Below are positions 21,245-30,329 of a stretch of DNA of 63,331 nt, one piece after another (within the stretch, counting starts at the first letter, position 1; each line of letters opens with the position of its first letter). This DNA comes from a virus (lineage: Duplodnaviria; Caudoviricetes), in the IMG/VR virus record IMGVR_UViG_3300046331_000070, positions 1 through 63,331 of that record. One strand, given 5' to 3'. The position numbers and the translations under genes are program-made. Under the pieces are notes generated by a model that worked only from the letters and a program-made list of their open reading frames with translations, was not told where the DNA came from and did no database searches.

Positions 21245-21828
21245 GTGAAATTTTAACAATTAATACAAACGACTCAACAGTGACATCAGTTAAGGTAAAA
21301 ACTTTTGATTTGGTGCCAGAGAATCATCCGGTGTTACATCAAACATTACCTGAATTTGATTTTAAAAATCCACCTGTGGATCCTATCGAGTTTGCATCAA
21401 CATTAGTTGAATCATGTAAACGACACAACGGTTTAGGACTATCTGCAAACCAATGTGGATTTAAATACCGAGTGTTTGTTATGGGTTCGAGTGATGAGTA
21501 TGTGGCATTCTTTAATCCTAAGGTAACAAAAATGGAAGGCGAAGCACACATGGATGAAGGTTGCCTGTCATTCCCTCTGTTAAATCTTAGAGTTACTAGA
21601 CCTAAAAGTATTGAAGTTGAATACCAGGACTTTACAGGACAAACAAAAACTACCAGATTTGAGGGACTATCCGCAAGAATCTTTCTGCATGAGCTTGACC
21701 ATATGAACGGGATAGTATATACTAGTAGAGTGAAACCTTTAGCACTTCAATTCGGTTTGAAGAAACTAAGAAAACTGGCAATTAAGTTGCGTAAAGGACA
21801 TAGACATTTAATTGCACCATCACAATAA
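21241..21828 (+). CDS. def: Peptide deformylase
   Basis: GLGLSANQ, EGCLS, HELDH. Confidence 0.93.
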   Translation: MSEILTINTNDSTVTSVKVKTFDLVPENHPVLHQTLPEFDFKNPPVDPIEFASTLVESCKRHNGLGLSANQCGFKYRVFVMGSSDEYVAFFNPKVTKMEGEAHMDEGCLSFPLLNLRVTRPKSIEVEYQDFTGQTKTTRFEGLSARIFLHELDHMNGIVYTSRVKPLALQFGLKKLRKLAIKLRKGHRHLIAPSQ

Positions 21829-21837
21829 AGAAGATTA

Positions 21838-23103
21838 ATGGCAACTCCAATAGATCATGTAAACAAACAATGGGACGAATGGTCATCCAATAATCCCGTT
21901 GATAGTTTTGCACACATTGATACCGAAACACTTAAAAAGGTTCTTATTGAGGACTTAACTTATGCTTCTGGTATGGATGTGCGTGAATATACTTTGTACC
22001 AAAAATGGTGTGAAGTTAAAGAGCGTTATCCAACACATGAAATGAGTACATTGTTTGGTGATGAAGTGCAGATGGTTAATCCGGAACAGAAAAAACTAGT
22101 AGATATGGTTCGTTCCAATTTCTGGATGCCAGAAAGTCCAGATGATTACGCCAATTTGAAACCTACCATGTCATTGTACAATGGTGACCTTGCTGAAACT
22201 TGGAATGCCATTCGTACATTTTCTTCTACAATGAAGAATAATTCAAATATTGGTCGTAATCTATTCTATACCGTGACAGATGAAGTCACTGGTAAGTACC
22301 TTGGTGTCATTTGTATATCGTCCGACTTCTTGGATCTCACTCCAAGAGACAAAGCGATTGGTTGGTCGAGAGATGTTAAGACTCAACAACATATGATTAA
22401 CCACACAGCAATCGGTTCGACCATCGTACCTTTACAACCTCTTGGTTATAACTACATGGGTGGTAAATTGCTGGCACTGATGTGTCTTTCTGACACGGTG
22501 CAAAAAGACTGGAAAGAAAAATACAAGGACGTTCTTGTTGGTGTTACCACTACATCATTATATGGCAACACCAAAACAAATGGTTTGTCACAGTATGATG
22601 GACTAGAACATTGGAACAAGATGGGTTTTTCTTCTGGTTCAGTTGCTTTTGAACCTAGTCGGGCAACTAAAAAAATGGTCTTTGATTGGATTAAAGAAAA
22701 TTATCCAAGAAAGTATTTCGAATGGTGGGAAGCAAAAAACACTCAAGGTTTGCCACTCAAACGAGATCATAAGAACCGTTCACTCAACTTTGCTTATTCA
22801 AAACTTGGTATTCCCAAGGAACTGATTCGCACTGAGCATCAACGAGGAATCTATTTCTCTCCTCTTTATAATAACACCAATGAGTATCTTCGCAAGGAGA
22901 TTGGTGATGCAGACCTGGTAAAGTCCTTTGATACCAGTTCAGAGGCGCTTGCCAATATTTGGAAAACCAAGTATGCTAAGGGTCGTATATCAATGTTGAA
23001 GAAAAAGAATACCGTTTCCTACGAGGCGTTATTCTATGATGACCTGATATACTTGTCCTGGGAAGATACCAAGACAAAATATTTACCTCAGATTGGTAGA
23101 TAA
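21838..23103 (+). CDS. DUF4338/DruA-like protein (paralog 1)
   Basis: PRD..IGW, VPLQPLGYNYMGGKLLA, TTTSLYG, SQYDG. Confidence 0.6.
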   Translation: MATPIDHVNKQWDEWSSNNPVDSFAHIDTETLKKVLIEDLTYASGMDVREYTLYQKWCEVKERYPTHEMSTLFGDEVQMVNPEQKKLVDMVRSNFWMPESPDDYANLKPTMSLYNGDLAETWNAIRTFSSTMKNNSNIGRNLFYTVTDEVTGKYLGVICISSDFLDLTPRDKAIGWSRDVKTQQHMINHTAIGSTIVPLQPLGYNYMGGKLLALMCLSDTVQKDWKEKYKDVLVGVTTTSLYGNTKTNGLSQYDGLEHWNKMGFSSGSVAFEPSRATKKMVFDWIKENYPRKYFEWWEAKNTQGLPLKRDHKNRSLNFAYSKLGIPKELIRTEHQRGIYFSPLYNNTNEYLRKEIGDADLVKSFDTSSEALANIWKTKYAKGRISMLKKKNTVSYEALFYDDLIYLSWEDTKTKYLPQIGR

Positions 23104-23125
23104 TTCAAGTGTACCACAAATATGC

Positions 23126-23154
23126 TTGACAAGTACACTACATATTGATATAAT
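23126..23154 (+). promoter_or_regulatory. Sigma70-type promoter
   Basis: TTGACA-17 nt-TATAAT, perfect. Confidence 0.8.
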
Positions 23155-23213
23155 GTGTACTCTTGCATAACGCAAGGAAATTAAATGACAACTTTATTAT
23201 TATAGGAAATACT

Positions 23214-23492
23214 ATGACTACAGCACAAAAAACCTCCGCAAAAACCAAAATTCTGAACTTCCTGAACAAGACTGAGGGTTACAATACTCTGACTGTTGCT
23301 CAGGCACAAGCACGTTTTGGTATTCAAAATGTCTCAGCACGTATTGATGAATTGCGTCAAGAAGGTCATGTGATCTATACCAACACCAAAACTCGTGGTG
23401 ATGGTTCAAAAGTAAAATCTTACCGTATGGGCAAACCAACCAAAGCTATGGTTCGTGCTGCCCTGCAAACTGGTTACAGTCTGACTGCTTAA
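23214..23492 (+). CDS. Small winged helix-turn-helix DNA-binding protein
   Basis: LTVAQAQARFGIQNVSARIDELRQEG.VI.T, a wHTH pattern. Confidence 0.7.
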   Translation: MTTAQKTSAKTKILNFLNKTEGYNTLTVAQAQARFGIQNVSARIDELRQEGHVIYTNTKTRGDGSKVKSYRMGKPTKAMVRAALQTGYSLTA

Positions 23493-23505
23493 TTAGTTTT
23501 ATGCT

Positions 23506-23543
23506 AGGGAGATACCACCGTAATGGTGGTTCTCCCTTTTTTT
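23506..23543 (+). terminator. Rho-independent terminator
   Basis: AGGGAGATACCACC-GTAA-TGGTGGTTCTCCCT followed by T-run. Confidence 0.8.
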
Positions 23544-23558
23544 GTTTCTGGAGAAAAA

Positions 23559-24377
23559 ATGGAAATTTCAATTAAAAAAGAAGAACTACAAAAGAAAAGC
23601 ATTTTTGTAGCAACTCCAATGTATGGTGGTTTGAATCACGGTCTTTATGCCAAAGCTTGTTTGGACCTACAAGCAATCTGTATGCAATATGGCATCGCAG
23701 TTAAATTCTCATTCTTGTTTAATGAATCACTTATTACTCGTGCTCGTAACTATTTGGTAGATGAATTCATTCATCGTTCTGATTGCACACATATGTTGTT
23801 CTTGGATGCAGACGTACACTTTAATCCACAAGATGTGATTGCATTGCTCGCACTCGATAAAGATGTTATCGGTGGACCTTATCCTAAAAAAGCAATCAAA
23901 TGGAAATCTGTATTGAAAGCGATTCAAAAGAATCCTAATATTGATATTAGTGTTCTGGAGAAATTGACTGGTGATTACGTTTTTAATCCAGTACAAGGCA
24001 CACAACAATTCTCAGTTACTGAACCACTAGAAGTTCTTGAGATTGGTACCGGTTTCATGATGGTTAAACGTGAAGTCTTTGAAAAGATGACTGAATCATA
24101 TCCAACCATTCGTTACAAACCGGATCATGTTGGCCAAGCAAACTTTGATGGTTCACGTTACATTCATGCGTTTTTTGACACTGTTATTGATACTAAAGAC
24201 AGTATTACAGGTGGTGGTTCAGATCGTTACCTGTCAGAAGATTATATGTTCTGTCAAATGTGGCGCAAGATCGGTGGACAAATTTATCTTTGCCCATGGA
24301 TGAGAGCAGATCACATTGGTACCTATCACTTCCGTGGTGATATGCCGGCAGTAGCAAACTTCGTCGGAGAGATGTGA
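23559..24377 (+). CDS. GT-A fold glycosyltransferase-like protein
   Basis: IFVATPMYGG, SLITRARN, FLDAD (DxD), GTGFM, SEDY.FC, HIG. Confidence 0.75.
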   Translation: MEISIKKEELQKKSIFVATPMYGGLNHGLYAKACLDLQAICMQYGIAVKFSFLFNESLITRARNYLVDEFIHRSDCTHMLFLDADVHFNPQDVIALLALDKDVIGGPYPKKAIKWKSVLKAIQKNPNIDISVLEKLTGDYVFNPVQGTQQFSVTEPLEVLEIGTGFMMVKREVFEKMTESYPTIRYKPDHVGQANFDGSRYIHAFFDTVIDTKDSITGGGSDRYLSEDYMFCQMWRKIGGQIYLCPWMRADHIGTYHFRGDMPAVANFVGEM

Positions 24378-24715
24378 TGACAAAAGGCCGTAAATTCGAT
24401 GGTGGTAAACTTGAATACGGCCTTTTGCCTCCCTATGCACTGGAAGAAACAGTAAAAGTTCTTACTTTCGGCGCACAAAAATATGAACGTGATAATTGGC
24501 AAAAAGTACCTGATTCCAAACGCAGGTACTTTGATGCTATGGAACGTCATGTTTGGGCATGGAAAAAAGGTGAACAACTGGATCCTGAATCAGGTATCCA
24601 CCATTTGGCACACGCAATGTGCTGCTTGATGTTTTTGTATGAACATGATACAATATACTCTGTTGAACAAATTGATAATGAGGAAACAAATGAAAAAGAC
24701 AGTGACACTGAATGA
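24377..24715 (+). CDS. dATP/dGTP diphosphohydrolase domain protein (DUF5664-like)
   Basis: KFDGGK...LLP, FGAQKY..DNW, DPESG.HHLAHA. Confidence 0.8.
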   Translation: MTKGRKFDGGKLEYGLLPPYALEETVKVLTFGAQKYERDNWQKVPDSKRRYFDAMERHVWAWKKGEQLDPESGIHHLAHAMCCLMFLYEHDTIYSVEQIDNEETNEKDSDTE

Positions 24716-24950
24716 TATTCAGGATCGTATTAAAAAAACTACTTACACTTTAATGCCGGGTACAACTACCACAATGTGTCAACTAGAAATGGTTAATGGA
24801 TATTCGGTGTGGGGTATGAGTGCATGTGTAGATCCTTCCGCGTATAATCAAGGTTTGGGTGAAAAATATTCTTATGAAGATGCTATCAATAAACTTTGGC
24901 CACTAGAAGGCTATCTGTTATCTGAACGTCTTTATCAAGCAAGTTTGTAA
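24690..24950 (+). CDS. Phage Gp49/66-family protein
   Basis: T.C.L...NGY.V.G.SACVDP..Y...LG, LWPLEGY.L. Confidence 0.75.
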   Translation: MKKTVTLNDIQDRIKKTTYTLMPGTTTTMCQLEMVNGYSVWGMSACVDPSAYNQGLGEKYSYEDAINKLWPLEGYLLSERLYQASL

Positions 24951-24968
24951 TGAAATACAAGGAAAAAA

Positions 24969-25646
24969 ATGAAACTATCAAATGAAACACTAACAATTCT
25001 GAAGAACTTTGCCAGCATCAATTCAGGCATCGAATTCAAACAAGGCAATAAGATTGCCACGATTTCTGCAACCAAAACTGTTCTTGCTAAAGCAGGACTA
25101 AAAGATCAATTCCCAGAAGATTTCTGTGTATATGATTTGAACCAGTTTTTGTCTGTACATTCACTATACAAAGAAACTGAACTGGAATTTGATACCAGTA
25201 ATGTCATCTTCAAAAGTGGACGTAGCAAGATCAAATATCGCAAGACTAGTAAGAACATGATTGTTACGCCACCAGAAAAAGATTTGAATCTTCCTTCCGT
25301 GGATGTATCGTTCACATTGAAAGATGAGGACTTGAATACTCTGTTGAAAACAGCAAGCGTTCTACAATCGCCTTGTGTTGCCTTTGAATCTGATGGCGAC
25401 AAAATCTATGTGACATCTTTTGATCCTAAAGATAATTCATCACATACAAACTCCACAGAAGTGTCAGATGGTAATGGTAAAACATTCAAGGCAATCTTCC
25501 TGACAGAAAATCTGAAGATGATTGCAGGTTCGTATGAAGTTGAAGTATCATCAAAAGGTCTTGCATCATTCAAGAACACTAAAGAAGATATTCAATATTG
25601 GATCGCAATCGAATCCAAAGACTCAGACCTAACTTTTAAAGGATAA
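24969..25646 (+). CDS. gp45: Sliding clamp gp45
   Basis: MKLSNETL.ILKNFASIN, YDLNQFL, YWIA.E. Confidence 0.93.
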   Translation: MKLSNETLTILKNFASINSGIEFKQGNKIATISATKTVLAKAGLKDQFPEDFCVYDLNQFLSVHSLYKETELEFDTSNVIFKSGRSKIKYRKTSKNMIVTPPEKDLNLPSVDVSFTLKDEDLNTLLKTASVLQSPCVAFESDGDKIYVTSFDPKDNSSHTNSTEVSDGNGKTFKAIFLTENLKMIAGSYEVEVSSKGLASFKNTKEDIQYWIAIESKDSDLTFKG

Positions 25647-25652
25647 TTAAGT

Positions 25653-25868
25653 ATGTTGACTTTCACAGATGCAGTAACCGATCAATCAGTATCTATTAAT
25701 CCAACATATGTTGTTGCGGTCTTTGTTGTGCCAGATGGAGACCTTGCAGGCAAGACAATGATTAACTTGACCAATGGTGCATTGGCAGTTAATGAAAATG
25801 AACTGGATGTATTAGGTTTAATTAAAAATACATTGTCTGCCGGTGGTGGATGTGGTCGTTGCGGTTAA
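25653..25868 (+). CDS. Hypothetical protein
   Basis: SD plus a short beta-rich ORF within the operon. Confidence 0.55.
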   Translation: MLTFTDAVTDQSVSINPTYVVAVFVVPDGDLAGKTMINLTNGALAVNENELDVLGLIKNTLSAGGGCGRCG

Positions 25869-25880
25869 TAGGGAATAATT

Positions 25881-26156
25881 ATGGCAACAATTCAAACACT
25901 ATTCGGAACATTTAATGATGACCAATTGACGGCACTGAAAGGTGCAATCAATGAGATGGAAACTGTGATGCATAAAATGGATTCACAGAAACAAGAAATG
26001 AAAGATATTCTTGATGCAACTTTTGACAGTCTGAAAGTGCCTAAGAAAATTCTTCGTAAGATGGCTCGTGTACAATACAAGCAATCCTTCCAAGAGGAAA
26101 TTGCGGAATCGAAAGAATTTGAAGCATTATTTGAAGGCATGACGGAAGCAAAATGA
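25881..26156 (+). CDS. Phage dsDNA-binding protein (T4 DsbA-like)
   Basis: Helical; K..L.KMA...YK..F.E....FE.L pattern. Confidence 0.55.
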   Translation: MATIQTLFGTFNDDQLTALKGAINEMETVMHKMDSQKQEMKDILDATFDSLKVPKKILRKMARVQYKQSFQEEIAESKEFEALFEGMTEAK

Positions 26157-26551
26157 CGATAGAATCCCGTAGAAAGTTTATTCGAGGTGCGGGACTTCTT
26201 GGTGTATTAGCAACAGGTGTTATGGCAGCAAAAACTGCTTCATCAACACCTGTTGTGATTAACAACAACACACACATACACAATAAAACACCAGAGGTCG
26301 ATCCAAAGATTCTTAAACTAATTGAAGAATCTAATCCAGCAGTCCTTCAGTTACAAACAACATATGGTGAATTGACACCATTAACCGATACAGAACACGA
26401 AAATGTTTATATTGCGAATAGTCTTTATGGTTATTCAAAATATATTCCTGGAACAGAGAAACATGTATTTGTAAAACTTATAGCAGGTCCTGACGGTGAG
26501 TTATATTTGGGTGTGGATGGTCAATGGAAAAAAGTGTTGACTACAATTTAA
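26153..26551 (+). CDS. Hypothetical protein with twin-arginine signal peptide
   Basis: SRRKFI followed by hydrophobic GAGLLGVLATGVMAA. Confidence 0.65.
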   Translation: MTIESRRKFIRGAGLLGVLATGVMAAKTASSTPVVINNNTHIHNKTPEVDPKILKLIEESNPAVLQLQTTYGELTPLTDTEHENVYIANSLYGYSKYIPGTEKHVFVKLIAGPDGELYLGVDGQWKKVLTTI

Positions 26552-26578
26552 TTATTATTTTATATTATGGAGTTTTGA

Positions 26579-27514
26579 ATGTCAGATCATGTATTGTGGG
26601 TAGAAAAGTATCGTCCTAAAACTGTTGAAGAATGTATCTTGCCTGATAATATCAAAGATACATTTCTTGAATATGTTAATCGTAAAGAAATCCCTAATCT
26701 TCTACTGTCTGGCACAGCAGGTGTTGGTAAAACAACAATCGCAAAAGCACTTTGTAATGAAGTGGGTTGTGATTATATCGTCATCAACGGTTCAGATGAA
26801 TCTGGTATCGATGTTTTGCGGAACAAAATTAAGAACTATGCTTCTTCAATGTCCTTGGCCGGTGGTCGTAAAGTCGTTATTATCGATGAAGCAGACTATC
26901 TAAATCCAAATTCAACTCAACCTGCGCTGCGTGGTGCAATCGAGGAGTTTGCGGATAATTGTTCTTTCATCTTTACATGTAACTATAAGAATCGGATTAT
27001 CGATCCTATTCATTCTCGTTGCACTGTTATTGATTTTAAGATCAATGGTAACAAAGCAAAACTTGCAACCCAATTCATGAAACGTGTGGAGTGGATTCTT
27101 GGTGAAGAAAATATCACATTCGAAAAAGATGTGGTTGCTGCGGTTATCATGAAACACTTTCCAGACAATCGACGTATTCTGAATGAACTTCAGCGATATG
27201 GTGTTTCTGGTTCAATCGACAAAGGCATTCTATCGTCTGTATCTGATGTGCAATTAGGTGAACTGACCAAGGCACTGAAAGATAAAGACTTTGCAAATTG
27301 TCGTAAATGGGTTACCAATAACTTAGACAATGATCCATCACGCATCTTCCGTAAGATTTATGATGTGTTGTATGAACTGTTGAAACCACAATCTGTTCCA
27401 CAATTGGTCTTGGTTCTTTCAAAGTATCAATACCAAGCAGCATTCGTGGCAGATCATGAAATCAATCTGATTGCTTGTTTAACTGAAATCATGGTGGATT
27501 GTGAGTTCAAATAA
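26579..27514 (+). CDS. gp44: Clamp loader large subunit gp44
   Basis: WVEKYRP, GTAGVGKT, IIDEAD, SRC. Confidence 0.96.
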   Translation: MSDHVLWVEKYRPKTVEECILPDNIKDTFLEYVNRKEIPNLLLSGTAGVGKTTIAKALCNEVGCDYIVINGSDESGIDVLRNKIKNYASSMSLAGGRKVVIIDEADYLNPNSTQPALRGAIEEFADNCSFIFTCNYKNRIIDPIHSRCTVIDFKINGNKAKLATQFMKRVEWILGEENITFEKDVVAAVIMKHFPDNRRILNELQRYGVSGSIDKGILSSVSDVQLGELTKALKDKDFANCRKWVTNNLDNDPSRIFRKIYDVLYELLKPQSVPQLVLVLSKYQYQAAFVADHEINLIACLTEIMVDCEFK

Positions 27515-27903
27515 TGCCGGATCTTTTCAAAGAAATCATTCCGTCAATTCTTCAGACCAAGAAATCGGTCATTAATGATGATATTGACGTAAAAGATTAT
27601 GTACCTTTTGTAGTTAACCGAGCCATGTCCTATCATATGGACTGTGTTCTTTATGTCAACGAACTCAATCTGCGATCAAGTATTGACAAGGATATGCAAT
27701 ACCAATACCTTCTAAATACAATCAGACCAATGAAACGGAAATTTCAACCGTGGCAAAAGTCAGACGTAGATAAGAATATTGATTGTGTGAAAACCTATTT
27801 TGGTTATTCAAACAACAAAGCCAAAGAGGCTCTTAGAATTCTTACTGATGAGCAAATCGCTGAAATAAAAAGAATAACAGAAAAAGGCGGAGTGAACAAG
27901 TAA
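27514..27903 (+). CDS. gp62: Clamp loader small subunit gp62
   Basis: Y.PF.VNR.MS, MQY.YL, YFGYS..KA.EAL.IL. Confidence 0.92.
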   Translation: MPDLFKEIIPSILQTKKSVINDDIDVKDYVPFVVNRAMSYHMDCVLYVNELNLRSSIDKDMQYQYLLNTIRPMKRKFQPWQKSDVDKNIDCVKTYFGYSNNKAKEALRILTDEQIAEIKRITEKGGVNK

Positions 27904-28316
27904 TGATAGAAATTAAAGACTTAGTTGAGGTGACACTAACAGAAAAAGATGACTTCCTGAAAGTACGAGAAACATTGACCCGCATTGGTGTTGCATCTAA
28001 AAAAGATAAAACATTATTCCAGTCGTGTCATATTCTACACAAACGTGGCCAATATTATGTGGTGCATTTTAAAGAACTATTTGCACTAGATGGTAAACCT
28101 GCCGACATTACAGAGAATGATCTTGCTCGTAGAAATGCAATTGTTAATTTGTTGGAAGATTGGGGTCTAATTACTATTGTCAGAAAGTCACAGACAGAAG
28201 TGCCAGAACCAATTTTTCTATCACAAATTAAGATTCTTTCACATAAAGAAAAGCATGAATGGGAATTAGTACCGAAATATAATATCGGTAAAAAAACCAT
28301 AAACATAAATAGTTAA
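27903..28316 (+). CDS. regA: Translational repressor RegA
   Basis: DDFLKVRETLTRIG, QSCHILHK.G.YY.VHFKELF, W.LVPKY.IG. Confidence 0.96.
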   Translation: MIEIKDLVEVTLTEKDDFLKVRETLTRIGVASKKDKTLFQSCHILHKRGQYYVVHFKELFALDGKPADITENDLARRNAIVNLLEDWGLITIVRKSQTEVPEPIFLSQIKILSHKEKHEWELVPKYNIGKKTININS

Positions 28317-28341
28317 TATTAATCAATAAAAAGGAAATATA

Positions 28342-28737
28342 ATGGATTTCAGACAAACCATCATCAATACTCTATTAGGTGAACAAACTCAATTGCAAGA
28401 GGATCGTAAAACACATACTTATGGTTTAAAACTTGCTAGCAAAAAAAGCACAGTCGATCCAGAAGATGATGATGAGTACGGTCAAGTACATAGAACACAC
28501 ACAAAATATGATATCATACACAGACCAACTGGTAAAAAAGTTGGTGAAGGTGACCATCATTGGAATAGCGTTACTGGTTCACATGACAGTTGGACAGCAA
28601 AGGTTCATGGAAAAACAGTAGAAATTCCAAAAAATTCTGATGTTGGTGGAACCAAAGGTCACCAATTGTCGTTGAATAAAACACTCAATAACAAAAAATG
28701 GGTCGCGGCCGCTGCCGAGAAATTATCAAAAGATTGA
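28342..28737 (+). CDS. Hypothetical late protein, possible head-internal protein
   Basis: CATAAATA upstream; N-terminal LxE motifs; His/Lys-rich body. Confidence 0.5.
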   Translation: MDFRQTIINTLLGEQTQLQEDRKTHTYGLKLASKKSTVDPEDDDEYGQVHRTHTKYDIIHRPTGKKVGEGDHHWNSVTGSHDSWTAKVHGKTVEIPKNSDVGGTKGHQLSLNKTLNNKKWVAAAAEKLSKD

Positions 28738-28744
28738 TAATTGT

Positions 28745-28752
28745 TATAAATA
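28745..28752 (+). promoter_or_regulatory. T4-type late promoter (TATAAATA)
   Basis: Perfect consensus at the start of the hsp20 leader. Confidence 0.65.
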
Positions 28753-28904
28753 AAAGTATCTCATCGGGATGGGAACGTTTATAAAGATTCATCTTAGGAC
28801 CGCTAAGTCACGAATCGTATAAAGCTGGCACAACGATATGGTGTCCCCGTAACAGTAAGCGGGATTTAACTGATATGCCTTCGGGGTATCTGCAATTTAA
28901 TAAA

Positions 28905-28922
28905 CTCGCTTAATTTAAGGAG
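28905..28922 (+). promoter_or_regulatory. ROSE-like RNA thermometer hairpin over the hsp20 SD
   Basis: CTCGCTT-AATTT-AAGGAG: UYGCU pairs with AGGA leaving a bulged G, as in ROSE elements. Confidence 0.6.
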
Positions 28923-28930
28923 AAACAACT

Positions 28931-29389
28931 ATGTCTAAGACATTTAAGCCACTGCTATTTTCTATGGATTCATTCAAGTCACTAGATCCATTCACAATCG
29001 GATTCGACAAACTAGTGGATGAATTTCAAGATACAATGAAAACTGTATCAAAGAACATTCCAACATACCCACCATACAATATCAAACAAGTTACTGATAA
29101 CAAATACGTTATCGAGATGGCTGTTGCAGGTTTCGCAAAGACTGATATTGAAATTACACTGGATGGTAAAAATCTGGTCGTAGAAGGTGTATCAAAAGAA
29201 TCAGAAGATGCAGCTGCATATATCTTTAAAGGTATTGCAAATAGAAACTTCAAACACTTGTTCAAATTAACCGACAAAATTGAAATCAAAGATGCTGAAA
29301 TGGCAAATGGTATGTTAAAGATTTGGTTGGAGAACATTGTCAAAGCACAAGATGCTGTTAAGAAAATCTCAATAGGTGAACCAAAATGA
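28931..29389 (+). CDS. hsp20: Small heat-shock protein (IbpA/Hsp20)
   Basis: YPPYNI, IEMAVAGF, GIA.R.F, A.M.NGML.I. Confidence 0.93.
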   Translation: MSKTFKPLLFSMDSFKSLDPFTIGFDKLVDEFQDTMKTVSKNIPTYPPYNIKQVTDNKYVIEMAVAGFAKTDIEITLDGKNLVVEGVSKESEDAAAYIFKGIANRNFKHLFKLTDKIEIKDAEMANGMLKIWLENIVKAQDAVKKISIGEPK

Positions 29390-29451
29390 ACTGGTGGCCT
29401 GTAAGTGATGAAGAATGGGAAGAATTAAACTTCCCAAAACCTAAACAGTAA
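29386..29451 (+). CDS. 21-aa peptide MNWWPVSDEEWEELNFPKPKQ
   Basis: ATGA overlap with the hsp20 stop; ends just before the terminator; not in the ORF track. Confidence 0.45.
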   Translation: MNWWPVSDEEWEELNFPKPKQ

Positions 29452-29455
29452 TCCT

Positions 29456-29482
29456 AAGGGGGCTTGACAAGTCCCCTTTTTT
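29456..29482 (+). terminator. Rho-independent terminator
   Basis: AAGGGGGCTTG-A-CAAGTCCCCTT followed by T-run. Confidence 0.75.
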
Positions 29483-29492
29483 AGTTTATAAT
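29464..29492 (+). promoter_or_regulatory. Sigma70-type promoter
   Basis: TTGACA-17 nt-TATAAT, perfect. Confidence 0.8.
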
Positions 29493-29501
29493 GGTCACAT
29501 C

Positions 29502-29699
29502 ATGAAAACTATCACTAAAGAAATTATCAAAAAACTCCGTGTGGTTACCACACAAGAAATCTTCTATTCATATTCTCATTGGCCAACCAAGGAGATTGAT
29601 GGTATTGAATTCTTGTCTGTGGTTAAACGCGATCCTTCAGGACACGATACTCAATCTGTTCATTGGATGCGTAAAGACTCATTGGAAGTTGTCAAGTAA
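29502..29699 (+). CDS. Hypothetical protein
   Basis: ATG 9 nt after the -10 box (nearly leaderless). Confidence 0.55.
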   Translation: MKTITKEIIKKLRVVTTQEIFYSYSHWPTKEIDGIEFLSVVKRDPSGHDTQSVHWMRKDSLEVVK

Positions 29700-29705
29700 A
29701 GAATT

Positions 29706-29781
29706 GGGCTTGTAGCTTAATGGTTAAAGCAGCGAACTCATAATTCGTTGAGTGTCGGTTCAATCCCGTCCAAGCCCACCA
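29706..29781 (+). tRNA. tRNA-Ile2/Met (CAT), Ile2-like
   Basis: Cloverleaf; GCGAA-CTCATAA-TTCGT; CCA end; body resembles ileX-type tRNA. Confidence 0.85.
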
Positions 29782-29793
29782 TTATATTATATT

Positions 29794-30288
29794 ATGAAAA
29801 CAAAATACATTCAATCGTTCATGGGAGCAGCAGAGCACTTTGCTGACTTGTCCACAGCCAGACGTTTACATGTTGGTGCAATCATTGTTAAAGACGATAG
29901 GATTATTTCTATTGGATACAATGGTACACCAAGTGGGTGGGACAATAATTGTGAAGATTATGATTATATGTCAGTTGATGCTGGCGGATGGATTGATACA
30001 CCCACTATTGAAAAGCAATGGCCATACACCGACCGTTTTGGACGCCGTTATGCGTTGAAAACAAAGCCAGAGGTACTACACGCAGAAACTAATGCAATCG
30101 CCAAACTGGCACGTTCCACAGAGTCTGGAGACGGCGCCACACTGTTTGTTACACATGCACCGTGTTTAGATTGTGCTAAATTGGTATATCAGAGTGGTAT
30201 TTCCACTGTTTATTATCGAAATGACTATAAACTGGATACTGGAATTAATTTTCTCCGCCAAGCTGGTGTCAAAATAGAAAAGGTATAG
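29794..30288 (+). CDS. cd: dCMP deaminase
   Basis: VGA.IV, GYNG.P.G, HAE.NAI, PC..C. Confidence 0.92.
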   Translation: MKTKYIQSFMGAAEHFADLSTARRLHVGAIIVKDDRIISIGYNGTPSGWDNNCEDYDYMSVDAGGWIDTPTIEKQWPYTDRFGRRYALKTKPEVLHAETNAIAKLARSTESGDGATLFVTHAPCLDCAKLVYQSGISTVYYRNDYKLDTGINFLRQAGVKIEKV

Positions 30289-30329
30289 GTCATAAATATG
30301 TAGAGATACGCAACCCATCTGGAGGTTTC

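Noticed and set aside
29752-29793. Upstream GTG start for dCMP deaminase
   Set aside because: It lies inside the tRNA; the ATG at 29794 fits the family N-terminus
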